In this document: one piece after another, positions 11,762 through 25,863 of the stretch
Layout: every line of letters starts with the position of its first letter
How positions within the stretch are numbered: the first letter of the stretch is position 1
DNA from: Eledone cirrhosa
Lineage: Eukaryota
Direction: 5' to 3'
Length of the DNA: 64,000 nucleotides
NCBI GenBank assembly: GCA_964016885.1
Contig: OZ024746.1
Span: forward strand, 22,630,001 to 22,694,000
Notes under the pieces: model-generated
What the model was told of the DNA's origin: nothing
Seen by the model: the letters and a program-made list of their open reading frames with translations, nothing else
The model's database searches: none
Translations under genes and position numbers: made by a program

Positions 11762-11950
11762 TCGTCATCATCATCATCATCTTTACCACCACCACCATGA
11801 TCATCACCACCATCACCACCATGATCATCATCATCATCATCATTATCAGCATCATCATCATCATCATTACCACCACCACCACCACCATCATCATCACCAC
11901 CATCACCACCAGGATCATCATCATTGTCATTATCCCAATCATCATTATCG
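11668..11950. repeat. Compound (CAT/CAC)n microsatellite, the expanded tail of a minus-strand SINE/LINE end
   Basis: Triplet repeats run into cgtttaacttccgttcttccatgctggcatggg, the reverse complement of the common tail. Confidence 0.85.
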
Positions 11951-12344
11951 TTTAACTTCCGTTCTTCCATGCTGGCATGGGTTGGATGGGTGTATGATAT
12001 ATAAATATAAATTGTTTTCCCCTATTGTATCTATCAATGTATAAATAATATATGAAGCAAACCTACAATAAATGCAGTATATGCAGCAGAAACTATAAAT
12101 ATTTATAAAGCAATCTTGAGAAATGAGTTAAAGTCTATTGATGATGATGATGATGATGACGATGGTGATTTTTACCCTCATTAAATGGTTGAAACATGTA
12201 AATGTCAGACTGCCAGATCTAGAGCTGATTGTTTTGGTGGTAAAAGTGTTAAAAGTGTTCAGTTCTCAATACAAGGATCGGCTGAAAAGTTCATAGACTG
12301 ACTAAGATACTCTCATAATGGACTTTTCAACCAACCCTTGTGTG

Positions 12345-12562
12345 TGTATATAGAAATGCCAGTTGAAGGAAGACATAGTAGAAGAAGACCACGAAAAACA
12401 TGGGCGGCAGTGGTGAAAGCAGACCTCAGATCGCTGAAGCTCACGGTGGAGATGATGAAGGACCGTGACAAGTGGGGAGATGCTGTGTTGAATAGGACCC
12501 GTCCTACTCTTGCAAGCAGAGAAAAGCAGACGTAAAATGATGATGATGATGATGATGATGAT
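12345..12562 (+). mobile_element. RTE LINE 3' end; similar pieces near 17815-17970, 19445-19680, 19945-20115, 21420-21900 (-) and 57750-57870
   Basis: VEG...RRPRKTW..VVK.DL...DRDKW, followed by a (GAT)n tail. Confidence 0.75.
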
Positions 12563-13970
12563 ATATATATAAACAAAATTAACTAACATATTGAGTTTTG
12601 AAAATGTGAGTATATTAGAATTTGTAGGAAAATGGAAAAACTCAGCATAAGGAAGCGACTAAAACAGCAAAATGCTGTTGAAACGGCATTGGGTAAAACA
12701 TTACCTCAAAGGATGGAAATCAGCAGCTCGAAGTGAATTGGCTTGAAGAATTGATAGGAAGGAAGAAATAGAATGAATATTTTAATACATTCATCAGCTT
12801 TCAGATGACCTGCAGTTTCGACGATTTGATTGAAAGGACTGCGAAGGATAGGTGGCTTGTAACATTGGAGAATTGGTATAATGTTTGTGTTGGGAAAGGT
12901 CAGAGAGAGAGAAAAATAAAGTGTGTCCACTTGGTCTCAAAGAAAAGAAGCAGTGGGAAAGAAAGAAAGAAAGAACAAAAGAGACTTCTCCCAACACAAA
13001 CATTATACCAACAGAAATATTTATTTTTCCATTGTTACAAGCCACCTATCCTATAAAAAACAATGAAATATTATAAAAAACTTTCAATTTGGAAAAGGTT
13101 TCTTTAATATTTCATTGTTTTTTAGGTTCACCATTTGAGGAGCTCAGGCTGTCATAACGGATAGTCCTCAGCAAAATGTACATTATGGATTTTAATAAAC
13201 TAAAACCAAATGAATATGGCCTTGGATTTTTATTGATTTATAATGCTCCAGCTTACATTTTTATACAAGTTGTTGAGCAGTTTCTTTTATCTACTTAACA
13301 ACCAACAGACCATTATGTTCGGTTAACCCCTTATTATAAATAAATAAATATATATATATATCATCATCATCATCATCATCATCATCGTTTAACATCTATC
13401 TTCCATGCTAGCATGGGTTTAGATGGGAATTGTCCCACTTGAGGCAAGATTGGTCGTCTCGCTCGTATAGGACTGTCTGACAGGTTTTCTACGGCAGGAT
13501 GCCTTTCCTAACACCAACCACGTTTACAGTGTGGACTGGGAGGTTTTTACCACATATATATATATGTGTGTGTGTGTGAAGGTGCCTGGCTTATTGGGCT
13601 TGCAATCGAAAGGTTGTGAGTTCAATTCTCAGACTGGGTGATGTGTTGTTTCCTTGAGCAAGACACTTTATTTCACATTGCTCCAGTTTACTCAGATGTA
13701 GAAATGAGATGATAGGGACTGGGGTCCCTATCATTCCACTGCAAAGTGGTCGTGGAGGTACCACAGCAAAAACAGCACTCAGCCCACACTGTAAAGTGGA
13801 TGTGTAGGCGCCATGGAAAAAAAGCACCCAGCACTCACTGTAAATGAGGTTGGTCTTAGGAACGGCATCCAGCTGTAGAAATCAAGCCAGAATCAGCCGA
13901 CTGGACACTGCCCACAACAGGACAACCCATCTAACTCATGCTAGCATGGAAGAACGGACGTGATGATGAT

Positions 13971-14112
13971 ATACAAGGGTCGATTGAAAAGTTCATAGTC
14001 CATGGAAAGAGACAATTAATAAGAAGAGTTGAAATTAATACATGCAAGATTTAACAGCTCTAGCATTACTCCTTCATAGTCAGCCTATGAACTTTTCAGT
14101 CTACCCTCGTAA
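13971..14112. mobile_element. Tc1/mariner-type MITE; related copies at 12270-12341 and 52640-52840
   Basis: TIRs ta-caagggtcgattgaaaagttcatag / ctatgaacttttcagtctaccctcg-ta, with TA flanks. Confidence 0.65.
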
Positions 14113-16403
14113 TATACTAAGCTCTCAAAGGGTGGTCAATTAACAGAATTGATAGAACATTGGTTAAAATACTACTGGGGTATTTGTTTTGGGGTCTTTA
14201 CATTCTGAGTTTAAATCCTCTCCACATTAATGATAATGAAAATTATTGTGTACTGTACTCAGGTGCACTACAACTCATCAAAGGTGCATGTATAGTACAT
14301 AGAATAATGTACAAATGTCAGGAAAGTGAACAGTGTAGGAGTCATGATATACATACAGATTCATTGTCTTTCATCCTTCTGAGGTCAATAAAATCGAGTA
14401 GCGTACAAGTACTGGGGTTGATCTAATAAACTCTGCCCTTTCTCCAAATCTTCTGGCCCTGTGCCTAAATTAGAAATTAATATCCATTAAGCTGTAAAAC
14501 CTAAGCAATAAAGGTAATGAAATTTTTGTACTGGAGTAAATACTTAATGCTGTTAAAGCCATAATGTCTTGGCTACTATACAATTGATCTGTGAGAGGCA
14601 GGAAATATACGCAAGAATACACATCATCATTTAACATTTTTTGAAGACTCTGTATGTTACAGAGAAGACAACCTGAATAAGACAGCAGTTACATTGAATT
14701 TGAATATTTTAGCACTTAAAATGACCATAACTAGTCACTCATACTGATGTTAAGGTATTGTTCTCAAAATAAATAATATCAAAATCTCATAGATTCGATA
14801 TTATGTGAGATAAAACCTTTACTGTGAAAATAAATAGTATACATAGAGTAATGTAAATGTTAAAGGGTTAAAACTGGTACAGGGCAAAGGGGACTTGGTC
14901 AGTGCTGGTGGCACAATAAAATGCACCCAATCCATGCTATAAAGTGGTTAGTGATAGGAAGGTCATCCAGCCAGAAAACCTCTGTCAAAAAGACCTAATT
15001 AGCATTAGCACAATGTATTTCCACTCTGGCACAGCTTGTCTCATGTCTACAGAAAATGATCAGCTCAAACTCCTATAACTTTGGCACCCTCACATCTTAA
15101 ATGTAGCAAATACAGCATCTTAAAGACTAGCCCTTCGTTATTTGTAAGTATATCATATACACATGTACAGGTAAACCTTACATAATTGTATGTATTTAGC
15201 CCTGATTACTAAAATACTTAATGAAATGAAACCTATATTTTACATTTGATCTGGTGGTGGTGGTGGCAGCGGTAGTGGTAGAGATGATGATGGTGGTGAA
15301 CCTACATTTCACATCAGGTCTGGGGGTTATTACCAGCTTGGCATAGGCCTCGCACCACATCTAAAACCCCCCAAACCTTAACTTAACACTACCACTAACC
15401 TTAATTGTTTCTATTTTAGGCACAAGGCCAGCAATTACCCAGTACATTACTGGTACTTTATTTTATCGACCCCGTAAGGATGAAAGGCAAAGTTAACCTC
15501 GGCCGGATTTGAACTCAGATTGTAAAGGGACGTAACTATGCTGGAAAGCATGGCGTCAGACCTTCTACCGATACTGCCAATCCACCGCCCTTCACTACCA
15601 CTAACCTTAATATTACTCAATTACCTCCCTTAACACTATTTTATTTCAATACTAAGAAACGAATCTATGAATTGATTTCTCACAACTGATGTTTGTAATT
15701 TATTTAGTGATTCTACCAGTCTGTTCTGTTCTCCTTCTATCATCGTTTTTTATGATCTGTTTGTTTGTTTGTTTTTTCCTATAACTCCTGAGGGAGTCAT
15801 ATTGGTGCTGTATTAATGTAAGGTGTTTTATGGGGACACTTTTCAAACCCGACGGAGCCCATCTCCTCTCCTGGTCTGAATACAGCAAATGTCTTCCAAG
15901 GAAAGTTAGAGAGTGAGAGAATGTAAGTGAGAAAGAGATACAGGGCAAGAAGCAACTCCAGTACTTGACTGGTACATTGTTTTATCAACCTTGAAAAGAT
16001 GAAAGGCAAAGTTGACCTCGACGGGATTTTGAACTCAGAGAAGAGAGAGCTGGAATGAATGCCACAACGCATTCTATGTGATGTTCTAACAACTCTGCCA
16101 ATTCATCGCCTTTTATGATCTGTATTGATGTCTATTGATTAGACTGTCAACGGAAATATAGAGATGATCAATGTGGAAGTGCTTAGCACATCTCATATAC
16201 TGCAGGAAGATGGTATGGTGTGTCGTTAGGGAGAGGGGAAGAGAAGATAAGGAAAAACCAAAGAAAAGATAGACAAAATTTTCTGGCAACTGTTGAAAAG
16301 AATTAAACAATTGTCAGCAATAATACAATGAAGCGTTATTAAGTATTCATCATGAAATTCAACTGTATTGTTGTTTGTTGATTATGGTTGTCGGGAGTAA
16401 CAT

Positions 16404-16436
<33 letters not shown>

Positions 16437-16565
16437 ACACCTAACATACCATGTCCAGCATATATATTGTTCTCCTAATACAACATATATATATATATAT
16501 ACACCTAACATAGCTAAAATACCACCCATCGTTATGGCTGTTGGGGAGTAACATATTTATATGTG

Positions 16566-16600
<35 letters not shown>

Positions 16601-17092
16601 ATATGTATATTTTTATACACATATATATACAGACACATAACATAGCATGTTCTGCTAACACAACATATATATACACCTAACATAGTTAAAATACCACCCA
16701 TTACTATAGATATCGGCAGTAGTAGATTAAGGGGTGGATGGTCAGGTTAAGCTATAGTCAGCTCCTTCACCCACCCCCATCCTCCCAGCAATATTTAAAA
16801 GGTGCCAAATAATTTTTTTTTGTTACCATAAATAATATATTGTACCTAGATGTAATTCATGATTCAGAGAAAAAGAGAGGCAAATATGCAGCAAATTTGG
16901 TGTTTACAGGTGATAATTAGTAATGATTGATTAACACCTGGAGAGTCCCTCCCCTCCTCCACGTCCGATGATCTTTAGCCAAACTACATCCGTCTCTGGT
17001 TGTTGAGAGCAACATATATATCTACCTAACATACCATGTCCAGCTTATCAGCCACTCCCTCATTATGGTTGCCAAGGGTAACATATAAAGAA

Positions 17093-17123
<31 letters not shown>

Positions 17124-18389
17124 TTATGTATAATAAACAGATATGTATATATATATATATACTTGCTTTGACGGCACATGGTTTAGTAGTTAGAATGTTG
17201 GGCTTACAATCATGAGGTTGTCAGTTTGATTCCAGGACTGGATGGTACGTTGTGTCCTTGAGTAAGGCACTTTATTTCATGTTGCTCCAGTTCACTCTGC
17301 TGTAGAAATGAGTTGCGACGTCACTGGTGCCAAGCTGTATCGGCCATTGCTTTTCCTTTGGATAACATCAGTAGCATGGAGAGGGGAGACTGGAATGCAT
17401 GGGTGACTGCTGGTCTTCCACAAATAACCTTGCTTAGACTTGTGCCTCGGATGGGAACTTTCTAGGTGCAAATCCCATGATCATTTGTGATCGAAGTGGG
17501 TCTTTACTTGCTGTGAATATGTTTTAACTGTGTTCATACTACAGCTACCTTAGTAACTATATACATATGCCATATATGTAGATTTCAGGATCATTAATCA
17601 ATCTTAAGTGATGCTTATTTACTATGGTATTATGACACAAAAGCTAATAACTTCTTACATAGGTTTTGAAAATAAATCCTTTTTGATGATGGCTTATTTA
17701 CATATAAGCGCCCAGTCTACCTTGTAAGGTGGTTGGGCTGGTGACAAAAAGTGCCCATTCACCCTGTAAGGTGGTCATGTTGGTGACACAAGGCTACATG
17801 TGTATTCTAAATAAACATATTGGGCAAAGGTAGTGAAAGTTGATCTTAGATCGCTGAGATTCACAAAGGAGATGAAGGATGAACACGACAAGTGGAGAGA
17901 TGCTGAAAAGGACCTGTCCAACCCATGCGAGTGTGGAAAAACAGATGTAAAAATGATAATGATAATGATGAAAATGATGAAGAGGAGGAAGAAGATTGAT
18001 AATGATGATTGATGATAATAAGGATGATGATGATGATGATGATGATGTACCTAACTGACTATGTCCTGCTGATACATAACTTTTAATTTAACTTCAAACT
18101 CTCATAGATATATTATTTTATTCTTTTACTGGTTTTAGTTATTGGTAACTCTGACTATACTGAGAGCATTGCCTGCAGTGGATTTGTTTTCCTTAGGCAA
18201 TTACACTGACTGAAATAGCTTCAAATGGAGGAGGGGAGGTTGTGTTTCCAACCACTCAATTTATCATGATGTGTTCTAAATGAGTGAGTAATCAGCAGGC
18301 ATGAAAGTGGTGCAGCCAAATGTAAATTAGGCCAATATAACAATATTGGCAAATCGCTTGTGTGTAATATTATTCAATGGACACAGAAA

Positions 18390-19425
18390 AATCAGAAGTA
18401 GTGTGCCAGAGTTTGTAGCAAATATTAATGACATAGATGCCAACTTAAAGAATGTCACAGTACTGAAATATGCAGATGACATCAAGCTGTACCTTGAGAT
18501 AAAAAGGACCGATCCTGAATACTATAGATCTTGCCTGCAATCTGACCTGGACACAATGCAACAATGGATCACAGACTGGCAACTCAAGCTAGCTGTGGAC
18601 AAGTGTACCACCTGGAGTAAAAACCCAGCAGCCACATACTCCCTCCACACACTAATATCAAGAAGTCTTCTTGTGAATGTGACCTGGGCATTACGGTTAG
18701 CAGCAATTTGCGTTGGACGAAGCACGTCTCTAAAATTGTCAAGAAGGCCGAGGGTGTCTTAGCATCACTCAGCAAGACCTTTGTCAGCCGTTCTCCAGCT
18801 ATCTATTTAAAGCTGTATATAGCTATGGTGTGGCCACACTTAGAATTTGCATCACCAATCTGGAACCCCTATCTTGCTCAGAACATTGACCGCCTGGAAA
18901 CTGTTCAGAGACGTGCAACCAAGTGCATACCCCCAATCAGAAACCTACCATACTCTGAACGCCTTGCTTCTCTGGGCATGGATATATTGAAGCTCCGATG
19001 TCTGGCAACTGACTTGGTAAACACTCACAAAATTATTAACCATCTTGCCAACAACAACCCTGAGTATCTTTTTGATTTCCATGTGTCTAACACATGTGGG
19101 CATGCCCACAAAGTCAGAAAACAGCACAGCTCCCATGACTTTCAGAAACATCTTTTCACGCTCAGAGTTGCTGAAGCATGGAACAAACTACCTGCGTCAG
19201 TTGTTAGCTGTCGAGACACTGCATCCTTTAAAACCTCCATGCTCCCTGAGATTCGCCAACACTACACCTAATATTTCCCCTCCATACACATGCACACATG
19301 TATATCATGACTCATACACTATTCACTTCCCTGACATTTGTATATCATTCTATGTACTATACATGCACCTTTGACGAGTTGTAGTGCACACCTGAGCATT
19401 GTACACAATAATTTCATTATTCATT
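18390..19425 (+). mobile_element. CR1-type LINE 3' fragment (decayed RT)
   Basis: KYADDIKLY, PHLEFASPIWNPY, LETVQRRATK, RVAEAWNKLP; frameshifts; (catt/att)n tail. Confidence 0.85.
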
Positions 19426-22024
19426 ATTCATTGCATTAGTACAGACATGGATGGTGAACCACTGGGTGAAGAAGTGCCAAATAAATCCCAGTGGAAGGAA
19501 GCTGCAGTAGAGAATGACCAAGGAAGACCTGGGCAGAGGTAGTGAAAGCTGATCTCAAATTGATGAAACTCATAGTTCAGATTGTGATGTGTGGAGAGTT
19601 GTTGTGTTGAAAAGGACCTGTCCAATCCACGTGGACATGGAAAAATGAGGTAAAAACAATGATGATGATAATGATGATGACAGCACAACTGAATGGTCAA
19701 GAAAATCGCGATTATGAGAGACTGGGTTCAATCCCAGTACATTACCAAATAGTTAAGAAGTTCACTTCACAGTTATGAGATTCCAGGTTCAACCCCATTA
19801 TATGGCACCTTCAACCCTTGAGGTTAATAAAGAAAACATTATATGGCATTTTGGACAAATGTCTTTTACCATAGCTTCTGATCAACCTATACATTATGAG
19901 TAAAACTGGATACACAGAAACTGTTTGGAAGTCCATCAGATGGATTGCACCTATCTGAAATCTGATCTCAAGATACTGAATCTTAGAAAGGAGCTGACAA
20001 AGGAAAGAAACAAGTGCAATGATGTTGTACTGGAGAAGACAATTTATATGTATATATCATACACCCATCCAACCCATGCCAGCATGGAAGAACGGAAGTT
20101 AAATGATAATGATGATGGGGAGAATGACAATGGTGATGATGATTTAAACAAATTTTTTACTGTACTGGTTCCAGTCATTGGACTGAAGTAGGAGGCTTGT
20201 GAAGTGCAATGTTTGAAGTAGCAGATATCACTCTCTGTTCTCCGTGGTAATGTTTGTGCTATCTTGCCCGTGGGGTGTAACTGAGAGATGTCCAAACAAC
20301 AGTGGAAACTTTTTTTCATGTTTACTTTGTCTTTAACCTCATTTATAATTTTATAATTGTATTTTGTAAATTCTAAAAACATATGCTACCACATATATCA
20401 GTTTTAAAGGGAGGCTACATACAAATATTTCTTTAGAGTTATCTTCCCTGTAATGTTATAAATTTAAGGTAAATCATCGACTATATTTATCAGCATTTTA
20501 GAAAACACACATATGAATCATGTATTTCACGATACACATATAATGATATATGGGCTGAGGTGATAAAAGCTGACCTTGCACAAAGGCAATGGCACAGGAT
20601 CGAGATCTTTGACGTTATACAGTGATACGGAAGATGCACCTTCCCATGTGCATGGGTTGAAGCATACATCTAGCATGCACCACTTAACAGCTATTCTTCC
20701 TCCCACGACCTAACATTCCACCCACATCTGATTATGCCACTCTTCTCCTACGCCTTTACACCCCTGCCTCACTCCCCAGTACACACTGTAAAGTACTTAA
20801 GTTGGTACCACGAGAAAAAGCACCCAGCCCATACTGTAAAGTGGTCGTGTAGGTTTCATGACAAAAAGCACCCAGCCCACACTGTGAAGTGGTCGTGTAG
20901 GTTTCATGACAAAAAGCACCCAGCCCACACTGTGAAGTGGTCATGTAGGTTTCATGACAAAAAGCACCCAGCCCACACTGTAAATGTGATTAGGAAGTGT
21001 ATCCAGTCGTAGAAACCAAGCCAGAACAGTTCTGTATAAGCAAGACATGGTCACCTGACCTGATTTGCCTCAACTAGGACAACCCATCTAATCCACACTA
21101 GTGTGCTAAATAGACATTAAAGGATGATGATGATGATATACATATAGATAAAAGTTAAACTTTGATATGGATAAAAGTTTAACTCCTGATGAAGTTGTAG
21201 GGGCGATGTCCTGACATACATCTTGGAATTTTAAACATAGGGGTATGCAGCTGATTTCATACAGTGTGGAGGAGAGAGTGAGAGACCATTCCCAGTATTG
21301 GACCTGTCCTATTGACCTTGAAATGTTGAAATAAATGCGAAGTTGGGCACAGAGGATCAGAACAACTACCGAGGTATTTTTAATCCAACATCCAGGTCAG
21401 ATTTTATTCTGATAGGTGGATCTTAATCTGTACAGTTGCAGCCTTTTGTCATCTCTAATGTGAGGTTCAGCTTCTTAAGGTAAGACTTTATTACCTCATC
21501 CCATGTATTTCTGAGTCTAAATGACTCCCATCCACTGAGATTTCTCTGCACTTCTTCAAACAGCTGTCTTCTTCCATACACATTACATGTCCATACCATA
21601 GTCTTTTGCACACTACATCCAATTTCTCTTATGCCAAGTTTGTTCTCTGTTTCCTTATGCTATGTCATTCATGTACACTAACATTATACATCCATCAGAG
21701 TATATTTGCTTCATTTCTTTCTCTAGCCATCATAGGTTTTCTGCAGTCAAGGCCCATGTCTTAATGCCTTGTAGCATTACTGTTCACATGCAGCATCAGA
21801 TAGTCTCTCCTTCACTATGAGAGAGGAATGCTTTGATGTCAGCTGAGGTACCAGCTCTCTAAACTTCATCTACCCTTTTCTTACCCTGGCTACTACATTT
21901 TCAGGTAAAGAAAGCTGTGAACAACCTTTATTGAGTCTCTGTGGTAATTGAGAGTATCTATTTCACTTGTGCTCATAATGCATACACCTTCTTTGCATCT
22001 ACTGCATACAAAATCTGTCCTTTT

Positions 22025-22340
22025 CTTGAGGTGGTGTTGCAGCATTGCAGGTGTAAATTCCACAGTTGCTATAGAATTTGATGTCAGAGGTGGTGGAGAT
22101 GGTACATTTTGATTCTCAACAGTAAAAATGCCTGCATATCATTCAGCAATAAGTTCTGCGCATTCTTTGGGATCGTCAGTAATCCAGCTTGTGTGGGGAT
22201 TGTGAAGAAGGCCAACTGGAGAGTGAGGTCTCTGCTTTGAACGTTCATATTTCTAGGACACATTGCTGCCAGTGTTGATTGCTATACGCTATTCAAATTC
22301 AAGCACTGCCTGTTTTAAATGTGTTTTTTGTATCCATTCT
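22025..22340 (-). mobile_element. CR1-like inter-domain fragment with stops
   Basis: The minus strand reads ...SKQRPHSPVGLL...ITDDPKECAELI..Y..IFTVE, typical of the CR1 linker before RT. Confidence 0.55.
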
Positions 22341-23349
22341 GAAAGAATTGTGAGCAATTTGTAATGTTACTTTATACAACTGAATAAAACTTACATATAT
22401 ATAGGAAAGTACATGTCAAATTATGATAATTGTTAATGAGAAATTTTGTTATCATTGGGATAGGCAATGGATATATTGGAATTGAGACAATTAAATTCTC
22501 TATTCCATACATCTTTAGAAAGTGTAGATTGATAACATATGTATTAAATTCGACTTGTTCGAAATTTCCATTCTTGTGCTTCATGATAAAGATTTATAAC
22601 TAGTCTTCGGATAATGGGAGATAAATCCTCGGAAGGAATTTCTTGATACAGATTTATCCCCCTTGTTGAGCCTGACTTCCCCCCCTCCTTCTTTGTTTTT
22701 GTGTTTGTTATTTTTTCTCGCTCCCTTTTACTTTTCCTCTTTGTTTTTATTGTTTTTCTCTTTGCGTTTATTTACTCTTTCACTCTCTCTCTCTTCCTTT
22801 CTTTACCTTCTCTAGTTTTATTTGCCTTTTGTTCCCCGTCTCCTCTCACACACTTCGTTTTCTTATACCCCCCCTTCCTTTTCAGTATCTCTCTTTTCCC
22901 CACTCTTTCTTATCTATCTTTGTCTCTCTCTCGCTCCTTTACATCTGCCTCTCCTCCATATAATATACAGCGTGTGTATATATCCACGTGGTCTGCTCGA
23001 CCAATTAGAAAGCTGTATTGTCTCTTCCTCTTTCTCTCTTCTCAACGTCTTCCTCCCTTCTCATTCTCAGTGTCTTTTTCACTCCACTCTCTGCTCATTC
23101 TCCTTTCTTTGCTTATTGTATTTCTCCTTTCTCTCTTCTAATTGTCTTCCTCCTTCTCCAACTCTCTTTTCTAAATATCTTCCGCCCGCTTCTGAATGTC
23201 TCCCTCTCCCTACTAATTGTCTTCCTCACTCTCCCTCTCCTCAATACCTCCTTCCCTCACTCTTCTGAATGTCCCCTCTCCTCCCCTATAATGTCGTTAA
23301 TGAGACTGCCATGGTGCAGAAAGTGTGTTGTTGTTCCCTGCAGTGGATG

Positions 23350-23664
23350 AGAGGCTGGGGGTAGTTGATATAAAAGTCGGAACAAAACAAAACTGCAAGA
23401 GAAGAAAGGAGGGGGGAGCACGACGGCTACAATCTTACCCCCTCACACAACAGAACGAGGTTAACGCAACGAAATACTAATAACAATACTACTGGTGATA
23501 ATAATAACACAACTAACATTAATACTGGTGAAATTAAAAAGAAATATCTCTATTACGTCACCTGAATTGGCAATTTGTTGTTCTTAACACTTCTGGCTAC
23601 ATTCCGATGGCCGTGATGTTGCCAGCTACACCAACACTGTAGGATTTCTCACTTATTCGATTTT
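23350..23664 (+). promoter_or_regulatory. Candidate promoter and non-coding first exon of SGF29
   Basis: TE-poor, relatively CpG-rich stretch ending in the donor-like tttt|gtaagt (23665); CRE/ATF-like TTACGTCA at 23553-23560. The exon at 28999 has an acceptor, so an upstream exon is needed. Inference only. Confidence 0.45.
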
Positions 23665-25831
23665 GTAAGTATTTATTAATTGTTTTTACGGTTATTTGTT
23701 TTATTAATTTTGTGTTCTTTTGAAGAATTAGTTCATCTTCATAAATGGCTTTCGAATATCGTTAATCCATGCTAAGATAATTACTTTAAATCTACATCTA
23801 TCTTCCTCGCATCCTATATATAGATATATATATGTATATTCGTCCGAAATCAAAACAGTTTATGTATCATCTGGGAGTAACTCTTCGTTTTTTGTGTGTT
23901 TTTTTTAAATATACATATAATGCTTAAGTATATATATATATATATATGTTGAACTTTCTATATTTGTTTTAAAAGCATCAACTTCAGAAGAATGATGGAG
24001 TGAACGAGGATGAATTTATGAATATGGTGTGATGCATATAAGAACGAAAGATATATAAATATATAACTATATATAGATGAAAGATGCAATACCATAACAA
24101 CATGTAGTAAGTGGTAGATATTTTCTTCCACCCTCGTTGATACAACAAACAAAACTAAGAGATAGAGGCACCTGTTTTATTAATAATGTCTTTACTGTTT
24201 TTTAAGTCTACACGGGACGTTCTTGTCTTAAACCGAGAGAACAACTTATCCCGCTTGGGTCATCGTTACATCTTTTGTTATTTTATTATCTTTTGTTGTA
24301 GTTGTTTTAGTCGAACACGACGAGGCTTTTTTCTATAAATATTTCTTTAGCTTTTTTTTTTTTATAACCAAACTAACAAAACAAACACTGCCCTGTTTAC
24401 TTTTGCCTGGGATTTCATTTTAGGTGAGGGATTCGTTTTGAGATTTCGATATTTATATATATTTTAAATATATATATATATGTGAATAAATAAATTATAC
24501 ACATGTATATACATGAATATTTATATATATAAGTTAAATAAAAATTACACACATGTATAAATGTAAATATATATATACACATCGAGTAAAATTAATGTAC
24601 ATTACATGTATACACACACACACACACACACACACATATGTATCGTTCAAGGTGTAAGTTTTATTACTAATTAATTTATTTTACCTTCAGATATTTCCGT
24701 GATGTAATTACCTATTTTTATCAACGGGCTAAAATATTTATTATATTACATCATGTATTAATTAGCAAATACATTACATCATTCAATTAATTATCGATTT
24801 GCTTTATTATGGGGGGCGATGAATCAATCATTGATGCACATTTGTCGCATACGTATGGGTACATCCAAAATTCATATATTTATATATACTGTATGTATAT
24901 AACGTTCAAACGTTAACTGAATCAGCACTCAATACCCGTGAGAAGAATATAATATTTACTTTTGCGAAGAAAAAGGTGTTAGTAACTTCGAAGCTGATGC
25001 CTCTTCAGAATATATATATATGTATATATGAATGATGTTTTGCGTGGGTGATATTAGCACAGTCCATCCTGGGGTATTGGTAGGTCAGTAAGGTTTAGCA
25101 TGGACCGACCTACTAAGATAGATGTTTTAGTATTTATAGCCAGTGTGATGTTTTCCATTTGCATCTATTCCAATAAACTCGGTCCCTCGGTTGTTTCTAT
25201 TTACCGTGGTACTTAGTACACGAACTCCTGTCCACTGACAATGTTTGGCAATCTATATTTTCTTATATCCGTTAACATTATCATTAGCTATGAAGCTAGG
25301 AAAACACATGTGACAATGTTTATTTTCTGTTAAACGAGGATGGGTGATAGGAGTCCACAGCAAAACCCTCTGGACAAAACCCCTCGCATAGTAAAAAGAA
25401 TAATACATAATTTGAATATATAAATAAATTACATGCTATTAAAAATATAAACATATTTTATTTTAAGGTTTTATTCTTTTACTATGTGGGTTCTTCTCCG
25501 GTAGGTGTAGGGATTTTGACCGGTGCTGTTTTTGTTTGTATCCCGGCTGATTCATAGCGGATGTTTGGACCTGAATTCAGATCTCACAAGGTTTTATTCG
25601 AAATATTAGTGGGGAAAAAGGTACTATACTGCTTTGTAAATGTTATTTTAATCTTAATATCTTGTAATAATTTAGCTGAAAACCCCTCAAAACAGGTTCG
25701 TTAATTCAGGTGCTTATAGAATCTTTACTGGTGGACAGTTGTTGTAAATATGCTGTTTTTTAAGGATGTTTTGCTTATGTGTTTTCATGCAGTAGAGGTT
25801 GTTAAGAGGTAAAGATATTTTTGTATATGTG

Positions 25832-25863
<32 letters not shown>

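Noticed and set aside
11629-12044. Poly-His, poly-Asp/Gly and poly-Ile ORFs
   Set aside because: These are translations of a CAT/CAC microsatellite forming a retroelement tail.
15700-15950. Possible minus-strand coding exon after a pyrimidine tract
   Set aside because: No recognisable homology and no consistent partner exons.
22701-23350. Hydrophobic F/L/S/P-rich ORFs
   Set aside because: Explained by the pyrimidine-rich composition, which lacks stop codons.
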